DNA of 64,000 nucleotides from an uncultured Planctomycetota bacterium (GCA_963849325.1 CAWKHF010000005.1:512001-576000), one strand, 5' to 3'; shown: positions 44,935-57,176, counted from the stretch's first letter. Numbers and translations are program-made. The notes: generated by a model from the letters alone, not told the origin.

Positions 44935-47900
44935 ATGCACCTGTCTTCCCGACCGGCTCGATTCCGACATTACCTCTCCCTCGTGACCCTGACCGCGTCC
45001 CTGCCCCTCTTGACCTTCCTGCTACTCCATACGCCGGTGCAGTGCGCCGGCGATGCCAAGCCGGCCGCGAAATTCGAGGTCCGTCGCGGCGACCACATCT
45101 GCATCATCGGCAACACGCTGGCCGACCGCATGCAGCACGACGGCTGGCTGGAGACGATGTTGCACAGCCGATTCCCCAAGCACGAGTTGGTCGTTCCGCA
45201 ACCTCGGCTTCTCCGGCGACGAGCTGACCCTCCGTCTGCGCTCGCAGAATTTCGGCACGCCCGATCAATGGCTCGCCGGTGTGCAGCCCATTCCGGAGCC
45301 GGAGAAGCTCGTCACGCGCAAGGGGCTGACCGACAACCGCCTGGAGCGAACGAACACGCGGGCCGATGTTGTCTTCGCCTTCTTCGGCTACAACGAATCG
45401 TTCGCCGGCGAGGCCGGGTTGGACAAGTTCAAAAAAGACCTCGAAAACTTCATCAAGCACACCCTGGCCCAGAAGTACAACGGCAAGAGCGCTCCGCGTC
45501 TGGTTCTCTTCTCGCCCATCGCTCACGAAAACCTGCATGATCGCAACCTGCCCGACGGCAGCGCGAACAACAAGCGCCTGGAGCTGTACACCAAGGCGAT
45601 GGGCGAAGTCTGCCGGGCGAATGGCGTCGTCTTCGTGGACCTGTTTCGCCCCACGCGCGAGTTGTACGGTCAATCGCCGGACAAGCCACTGACCATCAAC
45701 GGCGTCCACCTCAATTCGCGCGGCAACGAGGCAGTGGCCCGCATCATCGACCAGGCATTGTTCGCCGGACGGCCCGAAGCGCAGCGCGAGTCGAAGCAGC
45801 TGGAGAAGCTGCGTCAGGCCGTACTCGACAAGAATTTCTACTGGTTCAATCGCTATCGCGTGCTGGACGGCTTCAACGTCTACGGCGGACGGGCCTTCGA
45901 GAAGTACGCCGACAAGCAGTCCAACTACGAGGACCAGCAGCGCGAGATGGAAGTCCTCGACGTCATGACCAGCAACCGCGACAAGCGCATCTGGGCGGTG
46001 GCGCAGGGCGGGGATTTGCAAGTCGAGGACAGCAACACGCCGCCGTTCATCCCCGTGAAGACGAACAAGCCCGGCAGCGGACCCGGCGGCACGCACATTT
46101 ACCTCGACGGCGAAGAGGCCATCGGCCGCATGACCGTCGGCAAGGGCATGAAAGTGACCCTGTTCGCTTCCGAGAAGGAGTTTCCCGAACTGGCCAAGCC
46201 GGTGCAGATGCAGTTCGACGCCAAGGGCCGGCTGTGGGTGGCGGCCTGGCCGAGCTATCCGCACTGGAAGCCCAAGGAGGAGATGAACGACAAGATCCTC
46301 ATCTTCGAGGACACCGACGGCGACGGCAAGGCCGACAAGATGACCGTCTTCGCCGACCATCTGCACTGTCCGACCGGCTTCGAGTTTTACAACGGCGGCG
46401 TGCTCGTCGCTCAGGCGCCGGACCTGATGTTCCTCAAGGACACCGACGGCGACGGCAAGGCCGACCTGCGCGTCCGCGTGCTGAGCGGCCTGGACTCGGC
46501 CGACTCGCACCACACGGCCAACAGCTTCGCCCTCGATCCGGGCGGAGCGCTGTACTTCCAGGAAGGCACCTTCCATCACACGCAGGTGGAAACGCCCTAT
46601 GGGCCGCCGCAGCGCTGCATCAACGGCGGCGTCTTCCGCTACGAGCCGCGCGGCGCAGAAGTTCGACGTCTACGTCAGCTTCGGCTTCGCCAATCCGCAC
46701 GGCCACGTCTGGGACCACTGGGGCCAGGATTTCGTCTACGACGGCACCGGGGCCAACCCCTATCACGGAGCGCCTGTTCTCCGGCCATCTGGACTTCCCC
46801 GCACAAGCACGCCCGGCCGCCGCAGGTCTATCAGCAGCGCACTCGGCCCTGTCCCGGCGTCGAAATCCTCTCCAGCCGTCACTTCCCCCAGGCCAACCAG
46901 GGCAACCTGCTGGTCGCCAACGTCATCGGCTTCCAGGGCATTCTGCAGTACAAGGTCCAGGACAAGGGCGCCAGCTTCACCGCCACCGAGACGGACCCGA
47001 TTGTCTACTCCAGCGATCCGAATTTCCGGCCGTCGGACCTCAAGATCGGGCCGGACGGGGCCATCTGGTTCATCGACTGGCACAACACGATCATCGGCCA
47101 CTTGCAGCACGCCCTGCGCGACCCCAGCCGCGACCGCACGCACGGCCGCATCTATCGCGTCACCTATGAGGACCGCCCGCTCCTGAAGCCGGCCAAGATC
47201 GCCGGCGAACCGATCGAGAAACTGCTCGACGTGCTCAAGGAGCCGGAAGACCGCGTTCGCTACCGCGCCCGCATCGAGCTGGGCGGCCGCAACAGCAACG
47301 AGGTCATCGCCGCCGTCAAGAAGTGGGTCGCCACATCTCGATAAAAAAGACCCGCAATACGAGCACAATCTGCTCGAAGCGCTGTGGATGCACCAGTATC
47401 ACAACGTCGTGGACGTGGATCTGCTCAAGCGCCTGCTCCACTCGCCGGAGTTCCGCGCTCGCGCCGCGGCCACGCGCGTGCTCTGCTACTGGCGCGACCG
47501 GGTGCCCGACTCTCTGGAGCTGCTCAAGAAGCTTGCCGCCGACCCGGCGCCGCGCGTGCGCCTGGAAGCGGTTCGCGCCGCCAGCTTCTTCACCGTGCCC
47601 GAGGCCATCGAGGTGCCGCTGATCTCCGCCGACCAGCCGGCGGACGAGTATCTCGATTTCATTCGCGGCGAGACGATGAAGGCGCTCGACCCCATCGTCA
47701 GCAAGGCCATCAAGGCCGGCAAGGAGATCCACTTCACGACCACGGCCGGCGCGCGCTTCTTCCTCAAGAACGTCAGCACCGACGACCTGCTGCGCATGAA
47801 GCGGACGCCGGCGGTGTACGTGGAGCTGCTGTTCCGCAAGGGCGTCCGCGACGAGTACCGCCGCGAGGCGCTGGCGGGGCTGGCCAAGGGACAGAACAAG

Positions 47901-50059
47901 AGCGAGCTGCGCGTGCTGCTCGACGCCATCCGCAACCAGGACGACCAGGCCGACAGCCGGCGCTCCTCCACGGACACGGACGAAAGCGTCGTCTTCGATC
48001 TCGTGCGTCTGCTGACCAGCCGTCCCGCGGCCGAGCTGACCGAGGCCCGCGGCGAGCTGGAGAAGATGGCCGTCGAGGCCAAGCTGCCGGTGACGCGGCA
48101 GCTCGGCTTCGTGGCCCTCATCGCCGCCGACGGCAACGTCGACAAGGCGTGGACGTTGGCCCTGAAGTCCACCGCCGGCCTGCGCGATCTACTCCGTGCC
48201 ATGCCGCTGATCCGCGATCCGAGCCAGAAGGCCGCCCTCTATCCCAGGGTCGAGCCGCTGCTGGCCGGTCTGCCGAAGGAGCTGGCCTCCTCGTCGGGCG
48301 ACGGCAAGAGTACGCTCGGCCGCTACGTCCGCATCGAGCTGCCCGGCAGGAGGAAGACGCTGACGCTGGCCGAGGTGCAGGTCTTCAGCGACGGCCAGCA
48401 ACATCGCTCTGCGCGGCAAGGCCAGGCAGAAGAACACCGCCTACGGCGGCGAGGCCCGCAGGGCCATCGACGGCAACACCAAGCGGCAGCTACTGCGGCG
48501 GCGGCCAGACCCACACGCGAGGAGGACACGACCAACCCCTGGTGGGAGGTCGATCTCGGCGGCGAGTCGCCCATCGACTCGATCGTGGTCTGGAACCGCA
48601 CCGACGACGGACTCGGCAAGCGTCTGGACGGCTTCACGCTCAAGGTGCTGGACAAAAATCACAAGGTCGTTTTCGAGAAGAAGAAGCTGCCGGCGCCGAA
48701 GGAGAAGGTGTCCATCGAGGTCGGCGGCGAAGCGCCGGAGCGCGGCATCCGCCGGGCGGCCATGATCGCCCTGACGTCGGTGCGCGGCAAGGAGGCCGAG
48801 GCGTTCAAGGCCATCGCCAAGTACGTCCGCAACGACGCCGACCGTCACGCCGCCATCCAGGCCCTGCAGCGCATCCCCTCCGTGCATCGGCCGAAGGAGG
48901 AGGCCCGGCCGCTGCTGGACGTCCTGCTGCCATACATCCGCACCATTCCCGTGGCCGAGCGCACGTCGCCAGCGGCGCTGGACGCGCTGCAGCTGGCCGA
49001 CTCCCTGGCGTCGCTGCTGCCGCTGGCCGAGGCGAAGCAAGTGCGCCACGAGCTGGGCGAGCTGGGCGTGCGCGTCATCCGCATGGGCACCGTGCCGGAC
49101 CAGATGCTCTTCGACAAGGAGCGCATCGTCGTCAAGGCCGGCAAGCCGGTGGAGATCCTCTTCGAGAACAACGACCTGATGCCGCACAATTTCGTGGTGA
49201 CGCAGCCGGGATCGCTGGAAGAGATCGGCACGCTCGCCGAGGCCACGGCCACGCAGCCGGGCGCCCTGGAGCGCGGCTACGTCCCGTCCTCGAACAAGGT
49301 GCTGCTCAAGAGCCGGCTGCTCCAGCCGCGCAACTCGCAGAAGCTCGAGTTACACCGCTCCGTCGAAGCCGGGCGTCTATCCCTACGTCTGCACCTACCC
49401 CGGCCACTGGCGGCGCATGTACGGCGCCATGTACGTCGTCGAGGACCTCGACGAGTACCTCGCCGACCCGGAGGGCTACCTGGCCAAGCATCCGCTGCCG
49501 GTCGCCGACGAATTGCTGAAGTTCGTGCGGCCGCGCAAGGAGTGGAAGTTCGAGGAGCTGGCCGGCTCGGTTGAACAGCTCGAAAGACGGCCGCTCGTTC
49601 AGCAACGGCAAGCAGATCTTCCAGGCGGCGATCTGCGTCTCCTGTCACAAGATGAACGGCGTCGGCAACGAGATCGGCCCGGACCTGACGAAGATCGATC
49701 CCAAGCAGGACAAACCCATCGAGATCCTGCGCGACATCCTCGACCCGTCGTTCCGCATCAACGAGAAGTACCAGACGTTCACTTTCGAGCTGGAGTCGGG
49801 CAAGGTCGTCACCGGCCTGGTCGTGGCGGAGACGCCGGACGTGGTGAAGGTGATGGAGAACCCGCTGGCCAAGGCGGAGCCGGTGGTCATCAAGAAGTCG
49901 GACATCGCCGAGCGCAAGAAAGCGCCGACGTCGATCATGCCCAAGGGCCTGCTCGACAAGCTGACGCGCGAGGAGATCCTCGATCTGATCGCGTACATCG
50001 CTGCCAAGGGCGATGCCCGCAGCCCGCTGTTCCAGGGGGGACATGAACATGGACACTGA
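44935..50059 (+). CDS. Large PVC-type heme-binding CxxCH protein (SGNH-like + dehydrogenase propeller + HEAT + discoidin + cupredoxin + cytochrome c); frameshifted
   Basis: IIGNTLADR/FGYNES/NGVHLN, FASEKEFPELAKPVQMQFDAKGRLWV, EDTDGDGKAD, HEAT repeats, LTLAEVQV..NPWWEVDLG..VWNRTD, MPHNFVV..CTYPGHWRRM, CVSCH..IGPDL..SIMPKGL. Confidence 0.85.
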
Positions 50060-50112
50060 CGTTGTGAGCCACGGAGCTTGAAAAGGTGGAGAGGTCATGG
50101 GAGGATAGCTTT

Positions 50113-50172
50113 GAGCGGGGGGCGTCAGCACCCTGAGAACTGCGGAACTCAGGGGGCTGACGCCCCGCTCAG
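50113..50172. repeat. Degenerate family B palindrome at the left edge of a lower-GC islet
   Basis: GAGCGGGGGGCGTCAGCACCCTGAG..CTCAGGGGGCTGACGCCCCGCTC. Confidence 0.7.
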
Positions 50173-50226
50173 GGATTTGGTCCGTCAGTTCTACTTATCT
50201 CTAGGCCACGAAGAGGGAGGAACGCG

Positions 50227-50385
50227 ATGAAGCATTTGAAGGAGATGATGCCAATCTTGATCGCGGAGTACAAGGAGCTTGCCGCTAGCTGCTACATCGA
50301 AGATGATTTCATCATCTTCCGTGGTCCGAAGAATGCTGTCGATGGAGAATATGAGATCGTCAAGACGCCTGAAAGAAGAGGTTAA
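50227..50385 (+). CDS. Small hypothetical protein (52 aa)
   Basis: Strong RBS GAGGGAGG; MKHLKEMMPILIAEYKELAASCYIEDDFIIFRGPKNAVDGEYEIVKTPERRG; too short for the ORF track. Confidence 0.45.
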   Translation: MKHLKEMMPILIAEYKELAASCYIEDDFIIFRGPKNAVDGEYEIVKTPERRG

Positions 50386-50536
50386 TTCAACAAAGAGTGC
50401 TCGATGAGATAACCGTGAACTCCCCCGCGCTTGCCATCAATTTCGCTGCGGATACGAAGGACTCCGTTGGAGGCGGCTTTGATCGGGAGAACGTCCTCAG
50501 TCGGGGCATATGTTCAGGCTAGTCGGAGGTCGAACA

Positions 50537-50839
50537 ATGGAAGTCGGAAGCTACTGTTTTCATCGGCGTGCCTTGGCGGCATTCCATCAACTGGCTGACG
50601 AGGAACAGGCGCAAGTACTGGAGGGCTTGGCCTCGCTCGTTGATGTTCCTGCCATCCAGTGGACTGCGGCACAGGCCAAGAGGTTGCCCGGCGATCAGTC
50701 GCTCTACCTCGTGCGGATCAACGACAGCCTGCGGATGATTGTTCGGGCCGTTGAGGGCCAGAAGCCCGAGGTGATGGACATGGTTCGACACGAGACACTG
50801 GAGTCTTTCACGAAAACCGCCGCCCAGACCGGCAGTTGA
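50537..50839 (+). CDS. RelE/ParE-fold-like small protein
   Basis: GGAGG RBS; pattern FHRRALAAFHQL..EQAQV..L..L...AKRLPG..LYLVRINDSLRMIV....VMDMVRH fits RelE/ParE topology. Confidence 0.6.
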   Translation: MEVGSYCFHRRALAAFHQLADEEQAQVLEGLASLVDVPAIQWTAAQAKRLPGDQSLYLVRINDSLRMIVRAVEGQKPEVMDMVRHETLESFTKTAAQTGS

Positions 50840-50852
50840 ATACGGGTGAGCG

Positions 50853-51488
50853 ATGCCCGATTTTCAGCCGCACGTCCTCGATTGGACCGTCTGCCGGGTT
50901 CAGGTGCAGGAACTCAAAGCCCTGCTTGATGGATCGTCCGATATTGCGGAAGCAGTTCTTCACGCCTTCTTCGAGCCGAGAGCGCATCTCCGGGCCTTGA
51001 TCGGCTCCTACAACCCGTCGCTCGCTTCGCCGGACCTTCTCGCCTGGGAGTACCCGATTTTCGGTGACTTCCGCTGTGATTTCGCCATCGGTGACTCGGC
51101 GCGGAAGGTGTACACGTTCGTGGAGTACGAGGACGCCGGCCCGAACAGCCTCTTCGTCAAGCAAGGGGAGAAGGCCACCCGTGCCTGGTCGCCGCGGTTT
51201 GACAGGGGGTATGGTCAGATCATCGACTGGTTCTACAAGTTGCACGTCATGACCGACACACCGGACATGGAGTCTCGGCTTGGCAAGCGATCCATTCGAT
51301 ACACGGGTGTACTGATTATTGGCCGCGATCAGCACATGCTGCCCGGCGAACGGCTGCGGCTGGAATGGCGGCAAGAACACGTCGTCGTGAACTCCAAGCA
51401 CATCCTCTGCGTTACCTACGACCAACTCCTCGAAGATTTGTTGTTCCGTCTCGAACAGTACACCCTGGCAGCGAATGCGGGTGGATAA
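50853..51488 (+). CDS. Shedu (SduA/DUF4263) nuclease-domain protein
   Basis: EYPIFGDFRCDF, FVEYED, F..GYGQIIDW, LIIGR and TYDQL motifs characteristic of DUF4263. Confidence 0.8.
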   Translation: MPDFQPHVLDWTVCRVQVQELKALLDGSSDIAEAVLHAFFEPRAHLRALIGSYNPSLASPDLLAWEYPIFGDFRCDFAIGDSARKVYTFVEYEDAGPNSLFVKQGEKATRAWSPRFDRGYGQIIDWFYKLHVMTDTPDMESRLGKRSIRYTGVLIIGRDQHMLPGERLRLEWRQEHVVVNSKHILCVTYDQLLEDLLFRLEQYTLAANAGG

Positions 51489-51515
51489 ATCCGAGAAGGC
51501 AAAAGGTCGTCTTCC

Positions 51516-51710
51516 TCAATCGGCTGTCTCTCCCCAGGTCAATCCCGCCGCTGCCAGTTCCTCGGCGGTGTGCCGCTGAAAGTGCTGCAACACATAATCG
51601 CGGCCCCAATCCTCGTTCTCGATGGCTTCCAGCGGCGGCAGCGGATGACCGAAATGCTCCGCCACCAACCGATACGCCTCCTCGGTCGTCAACTCGTAAA
51701 TACTTCGCAT
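51516..51710 (-). CDS. Small acidic hypothetical protein (64 aa)
   Basis: [39 protein letters not shown]...; plausible composition and RBS. Confidence 0.5.
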   Translation of the reverse strand: MRSIYELTTEEAYRLVAEHFGHPLPPLEAIENEDWGRDYVLQHFQRHTAEELAAAGLTWGETAD

Positions 51711-51807
51711 GGAATGGCTGTCCCTCAGGCGTCTTTTCGTCCAACCCACCTACAATAAACGCCCGTCAGCGTGTCCGCCAACGGCAGTCCTTCGAGGAGG
51801 GTCCGCC

Positions 51808-53113
51808 ATGAACGCATCGCCGCGTCTGCTGGTCCATCCGCGCGACGAGATCGTGCGGACGATGGAGCGCATCTACCGCTACCGCATGACGACCACCTCC
51901 GGCGGCAACCTGTCTGTCCGCGACGAGGACGGCGACGTGTGGATCACGCCGGCGCGGGTGGACAAGGGCAGCCTGCGCCGCGAGGACGTCGTCCGCGTCC
52001 GGGCCGACGGCGGCGTCGAGGGGCTGCACCGGCCGTCCTCGGAGCACCCCTTCCACCAGGGCGATCTACCAGGCGCGGCCCGACCTCCGCGCCGTCGTCC
52101 ACGCCCATCCGGTCGCCCTGGTGGCGTTCAGCATCTGCCGCCGCGTGCCGGACACGTCGCTGATGCCGCAGGCCGGACACGTCTGCGGCGCCGTCGGCTT
52201 CGCGCCGTACGCCCTGCCCGGCAGCGAGCAGCTCGGCCGCAACATCGCCGCCGTCTTCGGCCAGGGGTTCAACTGCGTGCTGCTGGAGAACCACGGCGTC
52301 GTCATCGGCGGGGCCAGCTTGGCCGAGGCGTTCCAGCGCTTCGAGACCCTGGAATTCACGGCCAAGACGATCATCAAGGCCAGCCTGCTCGGCCCGGTGC
52401 GCTACCTGACGCCGGAGCAGATCGCCCGGTCGCAGCCGCCGCGAGCCGCTGCCGGAGTTCGAGCCGGGACCGGCCGGCACGCACGAGAAGGAGCTGCGCC
52501 GAGCCGTCTGCGAATTCGTCCGTCGCGGCTACCGCCAGCGCCTGATGACCAGCACCGAGGGCAGCTTCTCCGCTCGCCTCGACGGCGACACCTTCCTCAT
52601 CACCTCCTACGGCATCGACCGGCAGGCACGTCGAGGTCGGATCAACTTGACGCTCGTCCACGACGGCCGCCGGGCCGTGGGCAACGCAGCCCAGCCGCGC
52701 CGTCCACATCCACCGGGCCATCTACCGCCGGCATCCCGAGGTCCACGCCATCGTCAACGCCATCCCGGTCAACGCCACGGCCTTCAGCGTCACCGCCACG
52801 CCGCTGGACAGCCGTACTATCCCCGAGAGTTACCTGCTGCTGCGCGACGTGGCCGCGGTGCCGTTCGGTTGGCAGTACGAGGACGGCGGACGCATCGCTG
52901 AGGCGGTCGTCGCCGGATCGGCCCATCGCCCTGCTCGAGAACGACGGCGTACTGGTCCTGGGCACGAGTCCGCTGGACGCCTTCGACCGGCTGGAAGTGC
53001 TGGAGTCCACGGCGGAGGCGATCATCAACAGCCGGGCCATCGGCGCGGTGCGGCGCATGGGCGACGACGTGATCGAGGAGCTGACCGAGGCGTTTTTGAG
53101 GAAGCAGGCATGA
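51808..53113 (+). CDS. Class II aldolase/adducin family protein with two tandem domains; frameshifted
   Basis: [29 protein letters not shown]; second domain STEGSFS, LLENDG. Confidence 0.88.
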
Positions 53114-53184
53114 GCTGGCTGCACGGGGCCTTGCTGTCGGCGCTGTTCGCCGGACGGATCGGAAGCCAGGCCGCTTTCAAATGA
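53110..53184 (+). pseudogene. 24-codon remnant resembling an EamA-family transporter N-terminus
   Basis: ATGA-coupled [15 protein letters not shown]..., cut off by the convergent ArnT gene. Confidence 0.45.
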
Positions 53185-54684
53185 CCTTCACCAGCACGAG
53201 AAGGGCGCCCTGTTCGTCGCGCAGTCGCAGGAGGATCTCGGCGCGGCGGGAGGAGGGCCACTGTCGATATTCGGACTCGACCAGGAGGCAATACGCCGTT
53301 TCGCCCTCCGGTAAGGACAACGATCCGGGCAAGCGCCGCGCCGGCCGGCCGTAATAGAACAGGATGCCCTCATCCTTGAGGCGAAAGAGATACAGCATCC
53401 GGCCGGGCGGCACCAGGGCGGCGATCTGTTCGCCCTTGCGCGCGGCTGGCGCGCCGGGTTCCGGCTCGGCAGGATCGCCTGCACGAAGACGAGCTTGACC
53501 GCCAGCCAAAGCACCAGCAGCGCGAGGAAGACGCGGCCCGGCCGCAGTCTGGGCACGGGCCAGCGCAAGCGGCCGTCGAGCCAGGCGACCCACACCAGGG
53601 CGGCCAGCCCGGCAAGGCCGGGTTGCAGTGGCATGGCATGACGCAGGTGATGTCCGGGCGCCAGACCCCAGAAGAGCAGATTCGGCCACGTCCAGCAGTG
53701 CAAGAACTGGAGCAGACGGCGGCCGCGCTCGTCCCACAGCCGCGCGAAGCCGGGATGCAGCGTCCTCAGCGCGAAGGCCGACCACGGCAGGTTCGCAGCC
53801 AGGAACGCGGCGGGGAAGGCGGCCAGTTCGTGCCAGGGATAGGGACGCGAATGATGAGCGGGCGACAGGCGCGGCAGCGCCTCGCGCCGCACGGCGTCCA
53901 AGAAGGTATCCCAGCCCATCCGTGTCGCCACCATCGCCGCCCAGGCGATGCACGGAGCCGCCGCCACGATCACGCTGAGTAGGTGGGATGGACGAAACAA
54001 CATCCGCAGCCGTCCACGCCACCAGAGAAGAGGCCCGACGGTGAGATAAAAGAATGCCGGAGCGGTCCACTTGGTCAGGACGCCGCCGGCCACGCACAAC
54101 AGGGCGAGTTGCCACCACAGCCATTCCCGCCCGAACGTGCGCTCCTCTGTCGATTCGCTAATCTCCAGGGCGCGGAGGAAGCACAGCAGCGCCGCCGTCA
54201 CCCAGGCGAGCTGTACCAGGTCGATCTCGGCGGAGGGAACGCGGCCCAACCACAGGGCCGAGGCGGGCAGCAGACCGGCGGCGATCAGGCCGGCGCGGCG
54301 GCCCAGGCGCCGCGCGAACGCCGTATAGAAGAGGAAGACCGTCGCCGTCGCGGCCAGCGCCGAGGGCAGGCGGGCCGTCGCGGCACTCACTCGCCCAGGC
54401 GGCCAACTGGCTGCGGCAATGGCCGCATACATCCCCGGCGGCTTGGTCAACAGCGGTTCGCCATACAAGGTGGGAACGATCCAATCGCCGTCGCGCAGCA
54501 ATTCCGCCGCCAGGATCGCCCGTAGACTCTCGGTCTGATACAGCTCGCCCGTGTTGAGGCCGAAAAAGAACAATACACCACACCACAGCGCCAACAACAG
54601 GGCGACCGCCATCCGTCGATGGCCGCTCAGCCGCAAGCGGTTTTCGGAACCGACTCGGAATGGAGACGATGCGAGCAGGGACAT
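53177..54684 (-). CDS. ArnT/GT39 family glycosyltransferase; frameshift near 53450
   Basis: [35 protein letters not shown], many TMs. Confidence 0.9.
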
Positions 54685-54797
54685 CCGCCACCTCGCTGCC
54701 GGGACCGGCGCGGCCCGCTCCTCGGGCGCGGCCAATCCGTGTGCGAGGCGAACTGTACCAGCGGAGGGCGGGGAGAGATAGGCGAGTCTGGGCGGCG

Positions 54798-55611
54798 TCA
54801 AGCGCCGAGGGCGCGCTTGATGTGCTGCACGAGATTTTTCATGACAAAGCCTTGCTCGGGGCAGATGGAGACGACCGCCCCGCGCTGGCGCAGGTGCTCG
54901 GCGAGCACCGGGCCAATCGCGGCGATGCGCGTGCGCGTCAGCCCTTTCCGCAGAGACGTCCTGCAATCCGCGATGCTGGGCGATCTCATACAAACGATCG
55001 ACCTGCGGCGAGCTGGTGAACAACAACACGTCCACCTCGCCGCGATCCAGGCGAGCGATCAGGTCGGCGACCCGCTCCTCATCGGCGGCGGGGGCATAGA
55101 CGTAAGGCAGGACCGTGCGCACCTGCGCCCCGGTCGAGGCGAGGAACTGCTCCAGCGCCGGGTTCGGCTCACCGTAGAGTGTGACGCCCACGGTCTGACC
55201 TGCGAGCGGCTCGCCGCGCAGCGTGGCGATGACGCCGTCCGTGGTGGGTGCCTGGGCAACGCGCGTCGGAGACAGACCGATCTCCTTGAGCACCTGACCG
55301 GGCTTGGGACCGCGCGTGAGGATTTTCGTCCGCCGCAGGGCGGCGATGACAGCGTCGCGCAACCCCTCGCGCTCGGCGAAGGCCAGCAAGCGGCGCAGGG
55401 CCTCGCCGGTCATCAGCACGACGTAGCCGAAGCGGTCGTCGCCCAGGTCGCGCAGCCAGTCCCGCACTGGATCGGGGTCCGGGGCGTCGAGGATGCTGAC
55501 CATCGGGCAGCGCAGCGTGGTTGCCCCTTCGCCTTCGAGCAGCTGCGCCAGCTCTTCGAGTTGGCGGGCTTCGGCCAGGGCGATGGTACGTCCTTCGAGG
55601 GGGCGCGACAT
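54798..55611 (-). CDS. hemD: Uroporphyrinogen-III synthase; frameshift near 54955
   Basis: LEGRTIALAEAR, LMTGEA, RGPKP, PYVY, FTSSPQV, AIGP. Confidence 0.88.
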
Positions 55612-55680
55612 GAGGTTCTCCCTGCTAGATGTATTTCCGAGCCGCTTGCGGCTTATAGGGTGTAAGAGTCTGTCCCACAA

Positions 55681-55714
55681 GCCCCCCTCTCCCCCGTACT
55701 CGGGGGAGAGGGGC
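55681..55714. repeat. Short family C palindrome
   Basis: CCCCTCTCCCCCGTACTCGGGGGAGAGGGG. Confidence 0.75.
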
Positions 55715-55740
55715 TTCCGGGACAGACGCTAAGACCCGCG

Positions 55741-57009
55741 CTAGCGCGGCCAATTTTTGACGGCGTCGGCGGCCCCATGCATCAGGGGGTCAATGGCCCC
55801 GGCCGGCTCCTCGTGTTTGGCGCTGTCGCGCGAATTGAACAGGACGGCCCAGGCCAGGCCGTCGTGGCGGCGTACCAGCAATGTCGAGGTGCCATCCAGC
55901 GCGCCGTTATGCCAGATGTTGGCGCCGACAGCGCCGATCGGACGCACCATCCAACCACACCCATAATAGGCGTCGCGCGGCCGGCCGTTTGGTTTATGTC
56001 CGGCCGTGCCCGGCGGAGGCTGCAACATGATGGCAATGCTTTCCGGCTTGAGGATCTGGCAATGTCGCGGGTCGTCGAAGGCGCTGACGAAGCGCACCAG
56101 GTCGGGCGCGGAGGCCAACCAACCGCCGTGGGCGTCCATCGCTTCCAGGCACCAGGCGCCATAAGGCAGCGGCACCGGCTGGCCTCGGCGCGGCCCCATC
56201 ACGGCGGGCGCGGTGGCGTCCTTGGCGACATGGTATTTCACTTCGCCGCAGACACGATGGGCGAGCAGGGTCGCGCCCAGCCGCATGTCCCCAATACCCA
56301 GCGGGGCCAGCACCTCCTTGCGAACGTACGCCTCATACGTTTGGCCGCTAACCTTGGCGATGACGCGGCCGAGCAGACAGTAGCCGAAATTGGAATAGGC
56401 GTATTGGCTGCCGGGATCGAAATCGAGAGGCCGCCGCAGCATGTAACGGATGATGTCTTGCGGCCCAGCCGGAGGCGGCACCTCCAACTCGTTGACGATC
56501 GCGGGGGAACGAAACATCGGATCGAACGAGTGGTCTCGGTCCCAGCCGCCGCGGTGCTGCAACAGGTGCAGGATCGTCACCTGCTTCCAGCGCGGATCGA
56601 AACGGCCGCCCGGCCCCTTCGGCCGTCGCAATTGCAATACGTCGAAGACCGGGGCGTCGAGCTTCAGCCGCCCTCGTTCCACCAATTGCAACACGGCCAC
56701 GGCCGTAAGAGGTTTGGAGATGCTGGCGATGCGGAACAGGGCGTCGGGCTGGACCGGCTCGGCGGTCGAGCGGTCGGCGTAGCCAAAGCCGCGGCCGTAG
56801 ACGAGCCGGCCGTTCTTGGCGACGGCCAGGGACGCTCCCGGCAATTGATGCTCGCGGAGAAAGCGCCTCATCAGATCGTCAAAGCTGGCCAGGCGCGGAT
56901 CGACGCGCCCCGTCGCCGGCATCTCGCGGGCCGGCGTGGACGCGGGATCGCTGACACCGGGGAGACAGCAAGCGGCCCAGACGGCGGCCAATCCGAATGC
57001 GATGCGCAC
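55741..57009 (-). CDS. Secreted serine hydrolase (beta-lactamase class C-like)
   Basis: FRIASISKP, LLQHRGG, YSNFGY, WHNG. Confidence 0.92.
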   Translation of the reverse strand: MRIAFGLAAVWAACCLPGVSDPASTPAREMPATGRVDPRLASFDDLMRRFLREHQLPGASLAVAKNGRLVYGRGFGYADRSTAEPVQPDALFRIASISKPLTAVAVLQLVERGRLKLDAPVFDVLQLRRPKGPGGRFDPRWKQVTILHLLQHRGGWDRDHSFDPMFRSPAIVNELEVPPPAGPQDIIRYMLRRPLDFDPGSQYAYSNFGYCLLGRVIAKVSGQTYEAYVRKEVLAPLGIGDMRLGATLLAHRVCGEVKYHVAKDATAPAVMGPRRGQPVPLPYGAWCLEAMDAHGGWLASAPDLVRFVSAFDDPRHCQILKPESIAIMLQPPPGTAGHKPNGRPRDAYYGCGWMVRPIGAVGANIWHNGALDGTSTLLVRRHDGLAWAVLFNSRDSAKHEEPAGAIDPLMHGAADAVKNWPR

Positions 57010-57176
57010 AGGTCCATCTCCCGCCAAGGGTATCAGGGCCGGGCCACCGAAGATTGGCCCGATCGCCCTCCCGGCCAACACCTTTCCGATTATGAAGGGC
57101 GCCAGGGTCCGGGGCAAGCGCAATCATCGGATGCCTTTCCGCCGATTCCTGCCGTGCATGAAAGTCGGTTGGACCG

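Noticed and set aside
53188-55680. Apparent HemD-ArnT fusion (830 aa)
   Set aside because: The HemD C-terminus continues in another frame to a stop at 54798; this is a frameshift artefact.
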